Positions 22,830 to 34,300 of a DNA stretch of 56,247 nt are shown here, one piece after another (position 1 is the first letter of the stretch; every line of letters begins with the position of its first letter). Where the stretch lies: positions 1 to 56,247 of the forward strand of contig NW_021833675.1 in the NCBI RefSeq assembly GCF_006345805.1, read 5' to 3'. The notes under the pieces are model-generated. The model searched no databases and had not been told where the DNA came from. It saw only the letters and a list, made by a program, of their open reading frames with translations. The translations under genes were made by a program, and so were the position numbers. This DNA is from Octopus sinensis (lineage: Eukaryota).

Positions 22830-23495
22830 GTTACAATCATCTCGCTGCTTGTGCCATACCCCGTAAGATTTTGTCTATTAGACACCTCCACGCTCTTCTC
22901 GAGATTGCGATTTTTCGGATACTGTCAAGATCGTCTGTATTTTCTAGTAGCAATCCGACATGTTTAAGGTCGTTATTTAAGATTAGTGGTAGCGTTGTCC
23001 GTAGCCTGTTACGAAAAATCCCAGAGCATTAAAAGTATGTTTCCATGATGTCATTAGCAGGAACTAAGGGATCCATCCGTACTATGGGATCATAGAGTCC
23101 CCAACGGCTCTTAGTGATAGTTGCATCTAATTGTTCTATTTTGAAAAAGGAGTATAGGTCTTGGTTCTTTATCTTCATTGGATAGTGTATTTTTAGTAAT
23201 GACCTAAATTGTTTTCTGTGGAAAGCATTGAGATTTTCTACACATTACAGATTCTGGCCCTATGTTCCTGAGTTGTATAGTAAAATGGGCAGAATGAAAG
23301 CATTGTACAAACGTACTTTTACGGGATTTGAGAGATGCGTGTAGCTTAGCTATGTCGATTTAAGTCTCTTCAGTGGTAATGTTGACAGTATCTTTTTCTC
23401 TTTGGACATCTTCCAAGTCACCAAGCAGTGACCCGACTTTTCTTGTTTTGTATATATGAAGTATTAATAAAAATGTGATAATAAATCGACTTGCA
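22830..23495 (-). mobile_element. 5'-truncated RTE-clade LINE 3' end
   Basis: Reads LGSLLGDLEDV...NAFHRKQFRSLLKIHYPMKIKNQDLY...RWGL...AWRCLIDKI. Confidence 0.75.
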
Positions 23496-25224
23496 AATAC
23501 GAGAGTTATATTTGAAGAAGAGTAATAAAGGAAGTTATATTTAACGCAGAAAAACATCGGAAGAGGACTGATTTGTAATATTTTTTAAAATGTACTCATT
23601 CTACTATAATTCTTATAAAACACGGGCTCAATACTCCGTTAAGCAATTAAATAGTTAATTAATTTTTTTATTAATAAAGGATAAATCGAGTTAGTATGAA
23701 AAACATGCAACTTTCATCATCGTACATGATTATATTCATCATGATTATCTTCATGAAAACGGTCGTCTGAATTGAAATTGAATTTTTCTAGAATCTAAAA
23801 AGAAAATCTTACTTCGAGTTTTTTTCCTGGAGATAAATTCGGTCTCTAACAATTAAAAAATCAATAAATACTAGGTTTGTTTATTCGAGGAACAGCTATT
23901 TCCTCTCCTGTCTATAAAATTAGTAATTAAATTTTAGACTATCCGATAGAATGCATCATCTTTTGATATATGAGACTGGTAGGTTTTAAAAAAAAAAAAC
24001 ACAAATGAATATGGCGAATAAACACATAATGTATTATTTGAAAAATTTACTTAAATACTCCAATGTATGTACTAAATTTTGTACTTTAGTTTTCATTTTT
24101 TTTTAAAGTACTTTTGACATTATTTAGATAAGGTACATTATCGAATAAAAAACTAGTTTTTTATTGACACACCTGATTATAACCATTAAATTATAGAAGT
24201 ACTTCTTTTAAAATTGAAAAAATAGCAGTTGATTTATTGACTAATTATTGAATTCGTCAATGTCATGAATCGATGATTTCAAAACCCAGATTACTGTTCT
24301 TATCAAATTTTAGATACTGGATTGAATTTCTAAATATTAATCATAAAATGGTATGGTGTGTGCGCACCGACTTCAAACTAGCAAATTACAGCTGAATTGT
24401 AAAAATCCTTTCCTTATAATTAAAAAACATTCATATAAAACAGGGTTTCCAAAGTGGGCGATACAAAATTTAAAGGTGGCGTTTATGACTAAATCGTTTA
24501 CTCGTGGTGATATATATTTAAAGGGGGAGATGAAAATTATTTATAAATATTAGATTATATTGAGATATTAGATTTTTAGAATGGAAAGTCTATTTTAAAC
24601 ACTTGTTTTATTTTAATTTGTGTTGGTGTTTTAATGGACCCAAATTTGTCTGTTTGTAGAATAACTCGTCAGTATAATATTATGTATATAAAATATGGTT
24701 TCACTACAACTCCTATTGAAGAAAAACGAACTTTTTGTTTGATATGCGAAAGTCGTTTTCTAACGAGGCTGTCAAGCTTTCTAGATTAAGTCATCATTTA
24801 AGAAAGGTTCATATTGGTATTTTATGAAAATATAGGTTTATCCAATTTAATCTAACAAGCCGCTTGAGTTTTTTAAGGACTACTCACAAAAATCAACAGA
24901 AATGGGCAAATATATTTACTTTTGATCATAAAATGAATGATGGTGGTCTTATTGCATAATATTGCTTTACTCATCGCTAAATCTGGTAAACCCAACACAA
25001 TTGGCGAAGAACTTCTAATTCCATCAATTCTCGAAGTACTAACTAACAACGGTTATGCACCAACCTCATCAGATTATCATTAAGTCGATTCCACTGAGTA
25101 ACAACACGGTACAGAGACGTATTGGATAGGCGAATATTCCTGAAAAATATTCTGTGTTTGAAGCATATAATAAAGGAAATTATAGTTAACGTAGAAAACA
25201 ATGGAAGAGGACTGATTTGTAATA

Positions 25225-26598
25225 TGTCGCGAGCGCAGCGAGCGACCGAGCGCAGCGAGCGACCACTCAATTTCTAGATCCGATCAATCAAAAAATCTAT
25301 AAATTGACAAATACCCAGGCTTGTATTTGGGATTAAATATATTCGATAACAAAAATTAAAATCGATGCCAAAGCAGAATGAGCTTTAAAACCGATTTCAT
25401 AAATAAAAATAATATTTTAAAATTTATAATTGATATTTTAGAATAATGAGAAAAAATCTAAATGCTTCATAATTTATAAAAATGTCAAAACAAGAATCTT
25501 CTGAAGGAGCAAGCCTGTCTGCACAGTTCATTTTTGATTATGAATGAATGAATGAATTTTATTAACGGAAAAGCCGAAAAAAGAGGGAGAAAGTTAATGA
25601 GACAACGTATGCCTCTTCTTCGTTGTTTCCCTCTTTTTTTTTTTTTTTTTTTTTTAAATTAATTCGAGAAGAAAAGGCTCTCTCAGAACACTTCCAACCG
25701 TTTCCGTCGCGTCTTCCATCACTTGAGGGATGGGTTGGTCCAACTGGAGTCCATTTGCCAATTTGATGGCATATCGCCTCGTCTTTTCGAGCTTAGCGAT
25801 AATGCCATCCCTTTCAGCAGTAGATACCATCCCTCGAACCCGTAGGTAAGCAATGGTTCGACGCACGTTTTTAAACATATAAAAACGTTTCCGGGGAAAG
25901 GTGGAAGTGAATTATGCTCCTGAGAATTTGAGCGCATTTCCTTCTCCTCGAGTCGATGTATCTGAAGTAAGAACCCTTGGATCCAACTTCAACCCCAAGG
26001 TATTTCAGGTTCTCCGTTACTGTAAACCCATAGAGGTTTCTCTCGGCGGTTTTCGTTTTGCTCCCTGTTTTGCAATCCAAGTGGCGGTGCACTTTTCTTT
26101 TGCAAGCGACAGTCCTTTTGATAGCACCATTCTTCCACTCTTGTCACGTATCCTTTTAACTTCCTCCACGAGATGTCTTTTTCTCCACGAAGCATCCGTT
26201 ATTAATATGTCGTCCGCGTAGATCACGAGACGACTGGTAGGATCTTTTCGGTTTTGGAATATCAGCAACGTAAATATTAAAAAGCAGGGCCTTTTTGATT
26301 AGAAGACCTAATTTTAGAGATTAAAACGAAAAAATAGCAATGAGATCTGTCAAATTATTACCCCCCTTACAACCTAAACCAAAATTAGCGTTCATATTCA
26401 TTGATTTTACTTTTTCTATTAAGGTCTACTTATAAATTATTTTATGGATTCAATGGAAAACTTAAGTTATTTTCAATTTTAATTTTAAATCATGTTAAAA
26501 TTTTAAATAATTAAATAATATATTTGTTGATGATAGGCTTGTTAGTGTGTCAAAGTCGTCGCTTCTAGCGCTCGGTCGCGCGCGCTGCGCTCGCGACA
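25225..26598. mobile_element. Ginger-like MITE copy 2 (inverted relative to copy 1), carrying a nested LINE
   Basis: TGTCGCGAGCGCAGCG...CGCTGCGCTCGCGACA; TSD TAATA at 25220-25224 and 26599-26603. The empty site gatttgtaatatgttt is visible in other array units. Confidence 0.92.
25541..26291 (-). mobile_element. 5'-truncated Jockey-group-like LINE (751 bp) inserted in the MITE
   Basis: YADDI and LKYLGV motifs, (ATTC)n tail; 10-bp TSD TTTTTGATTA at 25531-25540 and 26292-26301. The empty site is seen in MITE copy 1. Confidence 0.9.
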
Positions 26599-27681
26599 TA
26601 ATATGTTTAAAAATATTCTCATTCTACTATAATTCTTATAAAACACGGAAAACTTACAAAATTTCAAATTTCCGTTTGCTTAGCTCAAAAATTATGTAAA
26701 TTATTATAAATAAATATACAAATATCAAGTTATTAAGCTTTAAAAATTTTGATTTTCTGAGAGCTGAGAAGTAATCAATAAATCCCTAATAAAAACTCAC
26801 TCATACATGATGATATCTATTAAAAAATAGTGTGTTTGAGCAGAAGGCGGAATAAGTAGGGCGAAATGCACCCTTCTTCACTTTAAAGGCTCAATACTCT
26901 GTTAAGCATTATATAGTTAATTAGTTTTTTTATTAATAAAGGATAAATCGTGTTAGTATGAAAATCATGCAACTTTCATCATCGTACATGATTATTTTCA
27001 TTATAATTATCTTCGTGAAAACGGTCGTCTAAATATAAATTGTGTTTTTCTCTATCTTACTTCGAGGTCTTTTCCTGGAGATAAATTCGGTATCTAATTA
27101 AAAAATCAATAAATACTAGGTTTGTTTATTCGAGGAACACCTGTTTCCTCTCCAGTCTATAAAATGTAACTAATTTTCAGACTATCGATAGAATGCATCA
27201 TCTTTTGATATATGAGACTGGTAGGTTTTTAAAAATAAAAACACAAATAATATGGCGAATAAACACATAATGTATTATTTGAAAAAATTTACTTAAATAC
27301 TCCAATGTATGTACTAAATTTTGTACTTTAGTTTTTCATTTATTTTTAAAGTACTTTTGACATTATTTAGATAAGGTACATTATCGATAAAAAACTAGTT
27401 TTTATTGACACAACCTATTATAAATTAAATTATAGAAGTACTTCTTTTAAAATTGAAAAAAACTAGCAGTTGATTTATTGACTAATTATTGAATTCGTCA
27501 ATGTCATGAATCGATGATTTCAAAACCCAGATTACTGTTCTTATCAAATTTTAGATACTGGATTGAATTTCTAAATATTAATCATAAAATGGTATGGTGT
27601 GTGCGCACCGACTTCAAACTAGCAAATTACAGCTGAATTGTAAAAATCCTTTCCTTATAATTAAAAAACATTCATATAAAA

Positions 27682-28375
27682 CAGGGTTTCCCAAAGTGGG
27701 CGATACAAAATTTTAAGGTGGCGTTTATGACTAAATCGTTTACTCGTGGTGATATATATTTAAAGGGGGAGATGAAAATTATTTATAAATATTAGATTAT
27801 ATTGAGATATTAGATTTTTAGAATGGAAAGCCTATTTTAAACACTTGTTTTATTTTAATTTGTGTGTGTGTTTTAATGGACCCAAATTTGTCTGTTTGTA
27901 GAATAACTCGTCAGTATAATATTATGTATATAAAATATGGTTTCACTACAACTCCTATTGAAGAAAAACGAACTTTTTTTTTGATATGCGAAAGTCGTTT
28001 TCTAACGAGGCTGTCAAGCTTTCTAGATTAAGTCATCATTTAAGAAAGGTTCATATTGGTATTTTATGAAAATATAGGTTTATCCAATTTAATCTAACCA
28101 GCCGCTTGAGTTTTTTAAGGACTACTCACAAAACACAAAATCAACAGAAATGGGAAATATATTTACTTTTGATCATAAAATGAATGATGGTGGTCTTATT
28201 GCATAATATTGCTTTACTCATCGCTAAATCTGGTAAACCCAACACAATTGGCGAACAACTTCTAATTCCATCAATTCTCGAAGTACTAACTACAACGGTT
28301 ATGCACCAACCTCATCAGATTATCATTAAGTCGATTCCACTGAGTAACAACACGGTACAGAGACGTATTGGATAG
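27682..28375 (+). pseudogene. Representative one-ended hAT Buster fragment within the array unit (left TIR, 5' UTR, BED finger and transposase N-terminus)
   Basis: TIR preceded by ATATAAAA (nnnTAnnn). Reads RQYNIMYIKYGFTT...FCLICE/FSNEAVKLSRLSHHLRKVH and NIALLIAKSGKPNTIGEQLLIP...IPLSNNTVQRRI. The BED-finger frameshift is shared by all units; no right TIR. Confidence 0.88.
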
Positions 28376-31300
28376 GCGAATATTTCTGAAAAATATTCTG
28401 TGTTTGAAGCATAGTAATAAAGGAAATTATAGTTAACGTAGAAAACAATGGAAGAGGACTGATTTGTAATATTTTTAAAAATATTCTCATTCTACTATAA
28501 TTCTTAAAAACACGGAAAAACTTACAAAATTTCAAATTTCCGTTTGCTTAGCTCAAAAATTATGTAAATTATTATAAATAAATATACAAATATCAAGTTA
28601 TTAAGCTTTAAATTTTGATTTTCTGAGAGCTGAGAATAATCAATAAATCCCTAATAAAAACTCACTCATACATGATGATATCTATTAAAAAATAGTGTTG
28701 TTTGAGCAGAAGGCGGAATAAGTAGGGCAGAAATGCACCCTTTCTTCACTTTAAAGGCTCAATACTCTGTTAAGCAATTATATAGTTAATTAGTTTTTTT
28801 TATTAATAAAGGATAAATCGTGTTAGTATGAAAATCATGCAACTTTCATCATCGTACATGATTATTTTCATTATAATTATCTTCGTGAAAACGGTCGTCT
28901 AAATATAAATTGTGTTTTTCTATCTTACTTCGAGGTCTTTTCCTGGAGATAAATTCGGTATCTAACAATTAAAAATCAATAAATACTAGGTTTGTTTATT
29001 CGAGGAACACCTGTTTCCTCTCCAGTCTATAAAATTAGTAACTAATTTTCAGACTATCGGATAGAATGCATCATCTTTTGATATATGAGACTGGTAGGTT
29101 TTAAAAATAAAAACACAAATAAATATGGCGAATAAACACATAATGTATTATTTGAAAAAATTTACTTAAATACTCTCCAATGTATGTACTAAATTTTGTA
29201 CTTTAGTTTTCATTTATTTTTAAGTACTTTTGACATTATTTAGATAAGGTACATTATCGAATAAAAAACTAGTTTTTATTGACACACCTGATTATAACAA
29301 TTAATTATAGAAGTACTTCTTTTAAAATTGAAAAAAACTAGCAGTTGATTTATTGACTAATTATTGAATTCGTCAATGTCATGAATCGATGATTTCAAAA
29401 CCCAGATTACTGTTCTTATCAAATTTTAGATACTGGATTGAATTTCTAAATATTAATCATAAAATGGTATGGTGTGCGCACCGACTTCAAACTAGCAAAT
29501 TACAGCTGAATTGTAAAAATCCTTTCCTTATAATTAAAAAACATTCATATAAAACAGGGTTTCCCAAAGTGGGCGATACAAAATTTTAAGGTGGCGTTTA
29601 TGACTAAATCGTTTACTCGTGGTGATATATATTTAAAGGGGGAGATGAAAATTATTTATAAATATTAGATTATATTGAGATATTAGATTTTTAGAATGGA
29701 AAGCCTATTTTAAACACTTGTTTTATTTTAATTTGTGTTGGTGTTTTTAATGGACCCAAATTTGTCTGTTTGTAGAATAACTCGTCAGTATAATATTATG
29801 TATATAAAATATGGTTTCACTACAACTCCTATTGAAGAAAAACGAACTTTTTGTTTGATATGCGAAAGTCGTTTTCTAACGAGGCTGTCAAGCTTTCTAG
29901 ATTAAGTCATCATTTAAGAAAGGTTCATATTGGTATTTTATGAAAATATAGGTTTATCCAATTTAATCTAACCAGCCGCTTGAGTTTTTTTAGGACTACT
30001 CACAAAACATAAAAATCAACAGAAATGGGCAAATATATTCTTTTTGATCATAAAATGAATGATGGTGGTCTTATTGCATAATATTGCTTTACTCATCGCT
30101 AAATCTGGTAAACCCAACACAATTGGCGAAGAACTTCTAATTCCATCAATTCTCGAAGTACTAACTAACAACGGTTATGCACCACCTCATCAGATTATCA
30201 TTAAGTCGATTATACTGAGTAACAACACGGTACATATACGTATTGGATAGGTGGATATTCCTGAAAAATATTCTGTGTTTGAAGCAGTAATAAGGAAATT
30301 ATAGTTAACGTAAAAACAATGGAAGAGGACTGATTTGTAATATGTTTAAAAATATTCTCATTCTACTATAATTCTTATAAAACGAAAAAATTTACTTAAA
30401 TACTCCAATGTATGTACTAATTTTGTACTTTAGTTTTCATTTATTTTTAAAGTACTTTTGACATTATTTAGATAAGGTACATTATCGAATAAAAAACTAG
30501 TTTTTATTGACACACACCTGATTATAACAATTAATTATAGAAGTACTTCTTTAAAATTGAAAAAAACTAGCAGTTGATTTATTGACTAATTATTGAATTC
30601 GTCAATGTCATGAATCGATGATTTCAAAACCCAGATTACTGTTCTTATCAAATTTTAGATACTGGATTGAATTTCTAAATATTAATCATAAAATGTATGG
30701 TGTGTGCGCACCGACTTCAAACTAGTAAATTACAGCTGAATTGTAAAAATCCTTTCCTTATAATTAAAAAACATTCATATAAAACAGGGTTTCCCAAAGT
30801 GGGCGATACAAAATTTTAAGGTGGCGTTTATGACTAAATCGTTTACTCGTGGTGATTATATTTTAAAGGGGGAGATGAAAATTATTTATAAATATTAGAT
30901 TATATTGATATATTAGATTTTTAGAATGGAAAGCCTATTTTAAACACTTGTTTTATTTTAATTTGTGTTGGTGTTTTAATGGACCCAAATTTGTCTGTTT
31001 GTAGAATAACTCGTCAGTATAATATTATGTATATAAAATATGTTTCACTACAACTCCTATTAAGAAAAAACGAACTTTTTTTTTGATATGCGAAGTCGTT
31101 TTCTAACGAGGCTGTCAAGCTTTCTAGATTAAGTCATCATTTAAGAAAGGTTCATATTGGTATTTTATGAAAAAATAGGTTTATCCAATTTAATCTAACC
31201 AGCCGCTTGAGTTTTTTAAGGACTACTCACAAAAACAAAAATCAACAGAAATGGGCAAATATATTTACTTTTGATCATAAAATGAATGATGTGGTCTTAT

Positions 31301-34300
31301 TGCATAATATTGCTTTACTCTCATCGCTAAATCTGGTAAACCCAACACAATTGGCGAACACTTCTAATTCCATCAATTCTCGAAGTACTAACTAACAACG
31401 GTTATGCACCAACCTCATCAGATTATCATTAAGTCGATCCACTGAGTAACAACACGGTACAGAGACGTATTGGATAGGCGAATATTCCTGAAAAATATTC
31501 TGTGTTTGAAGCATAGTAATAAAGGAAATTATAGTTAACGTAGAAAACAATGGAAGAGGACTGATTTGTAATATGTTTAAAAATATTCTCATTCTACTAT
31601 AATTCTTATAAAACACGGAAAACTTACAAAATTTCAAATTTCCGTTTGCTTAGCTCAAAATTATGTAAATTATTATAAATAAATATACAAATATCAAGTT
31701 ATTAAGCTTTAAAATTTGATTTTCTGAGAGCTGAGAATAATCAATAAATCCTAATAAACTCACTCATCAACATGATGATATCTATTAAAAAAATAGTGTT
31801 GTTTGAGCAGAAGGCGGAATAAGTAGGGCAGAAATGCACCCTTTCTTCACTTTAAAGGCTCAATACTCTGTTAAGCAATTATATAGTTAATTAGTTTTTT
31901 TATTAATAAAGGATAAATCGTGTTAGTATGAAAATCATGCAACTTTCATCATCGTACATGATTATTATTCTTATAATTATCTTCGTGAAAACGGTCGTCT
32001 AAATATATAATTGTGTTTTTCTATCTTACTTCGAGGTCTTTTCCTGGAGATAAATTCGGTATCTAACAATTAAAAAATCAATAAATACTAGGTTTGTTTA
32101 TTCGAGGAACACCTGTTTCCTCTCCAGTCTATAAAATTAGTAACTAATTTTCAGACTATCGGATAGAATGCATCATCTTTTGATATATGAGACTGGTAGG
32201 TTTTAAAAAAAAACACAAATGAATATGGCGAATAAACACATAATGTATTATTTGAAAAAATTTACTTAAATACTCCAATGTATGTACTAAATTTTGTACT
32301 TTAGTTTTCATTTATTTTTAAAGTACTTTTGACATTATTTAGATAAGGTACATTATCGAATAAAAACTAGTTTTTATTGACACACCTGATTATAACAATT
32401 AAATTATAGAAGTACTTCTTTTAAAATTGAAAAAAACTAGCAGTTGATTTATTGACTAATTATTGAATTCGTCAATGTCATGAATCGATGATTTCAAAAC
32501 CCAGATTACTGTTCTTATCAAATTTTAGATACTGGATTGAATTTCTAAATATTAATCATAAAATGGTATGGTGTGTGCGCACCGACTTCAAACTAGCAAA
32601 TTACAGCTGAATTGTAAAAATCCTTTCCTTATAATTAAAAAACATTCATATAAAACAGGGTTTCCCAAAGTGGGCGATACAAAATTTTAAGGTGGCGTTT
32701 ATGACTAAATCGTTTACTCGTGGTGATATATATTTAAAGGGGGAGATGAAAATTATTTATAAATATTAGATTATATTGAGATATTAGATTTTTAGAATGG
32801 AAAGCCTATTTTAAACACTTGTTTTATTTTAATTTGTGTTGGTGTTTTAATGGACCCAAATTTGTCTGTTTGTAGAATAACTCGTCAGTATAATATTATG
32901 TATATAAAATATGGTTTCACTACAACTCCTATTGAAGAAAAACGAACTTTTTGTTTGATATGCGAAAGTCGTTTTCTAACGAGGCTGTCAAGCTTTCTAG
33001 ATTAAGTCATCATTTAAGAAAGGTTCATATTGGTATTTTATGAAAATATAGGTTTATCCAATTTAATCTAACCAGCCGCTTGAGTTTTTTAAGGACTACT
33101 CACAAAACACAAAAATCAACAGAAATGGGCAAATATATTTACTTTTGATCATAAAATGAATGATGGTGGTCTTATTGCATAATATTGCTTTACTCATCGC
33201 TAAATCTGGTAAACCAACACAATTGGCGAACAACTTCTAATTCCATCAATTCTCGAAGTACTAACTAACAACGGTTATGCACCAACCTCATCAGATTATC
33301 ATTAATCGATTATACTGAGTAACAACACGGTACAGTATACGTATTGGATAGGTGGATATTCCTGAAAAATATTCTGTGTTTGAAGCATAGTAATAAAGGA
33401 AATTATAGTTAACGTAGAAAACAATGGAAGAGGACTGATTTGTAATATGTTTAAAAATATTCTCATTCTACTATAATTCTTATAAAACGAAAAAATTTAC
33501 TTAAATACTCCAATGTATGTACTAAATTTTGTACTTTAGTTTTCATTTATTTTTAAAGTACTTTTGACATTATTTAGATAAGGTACATTATCGAATAAAA
33601 AACTAGTTTTTATTGACACACCTGATTATAACAATTAAATTATAGAAGTACTTCTTTTAAAATTGAAAAAAACTAGCAGTTGATTTATTGACTAATTATT
33701 GAATTCGTCAATGTCATGAATCGATGATTTCAAAACCCAGATTACTGTTCTTATCAAATTTTAGATACTGGATTGAATTTCTAAATATTAATCATAAAAT
33801 GGTATGGTGTGTGCGCACCGACTTCAAACTAGTAAATTACAGCTGAATTGTAAAAATCCTTTCTTATAATTAAAAAATTTCATATAAAACAGGGTTTCCC
33901 AAAGTGGGCGATACAAAATTTTAAGGTGGTTTATGACTAAATCGTTTACTCGTGGTGATATATATTTAAAGGGGGAGATGAAAATTATTTATAAATATTA
34001 GATTATATTGAGATATTAGATTTTTAGAATGGAAAGCCTATTTTAAACACTTGTTTTATTTTAATTTGTGTTGGTGTTTTAATGGACCCAAATTTGTCTG
34101 TTTGTAGAATAACTCGTCAGTATAATATTATGTATATAAAATATGGTTTCACTACAACTCCTATTGAAGAAAAACGAACTTTTTGTTTGATATGCGAAAG
34201 TCGTTTTCTAACGAGGCTGTCAAGCTTTCTAGATTAAGTCATCATTTAAGAAAGGTTCATATTGGTATTTTATGAAATATAGGTTTATCCAATTTAATCT

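Noticed and set aside
25634-25654. Long T run as the poly(A) tail of the nested LINE
   Set aside because: The element continues ~90 bp further to an (ATTC)n tail and the TSD, so the run is internal to the 3' UTR.
28326-28535. Recurrent minus-strand ORF MFYKNYSRMRIF... in many array units
   Set aside because: It is antisense to the transposase fragment, has variable start and frame between units, and recurs only because the DNA is repeated.
28790-28815. ttttttattaataaag in the array unit resembles a cnidarian spliced-leader exon end
   Set aside because: It is followed by GA rather than the GT donor an SL RNA gene needs, and I see no convincing Sm site or stem-loops. Generic AT-rich match.
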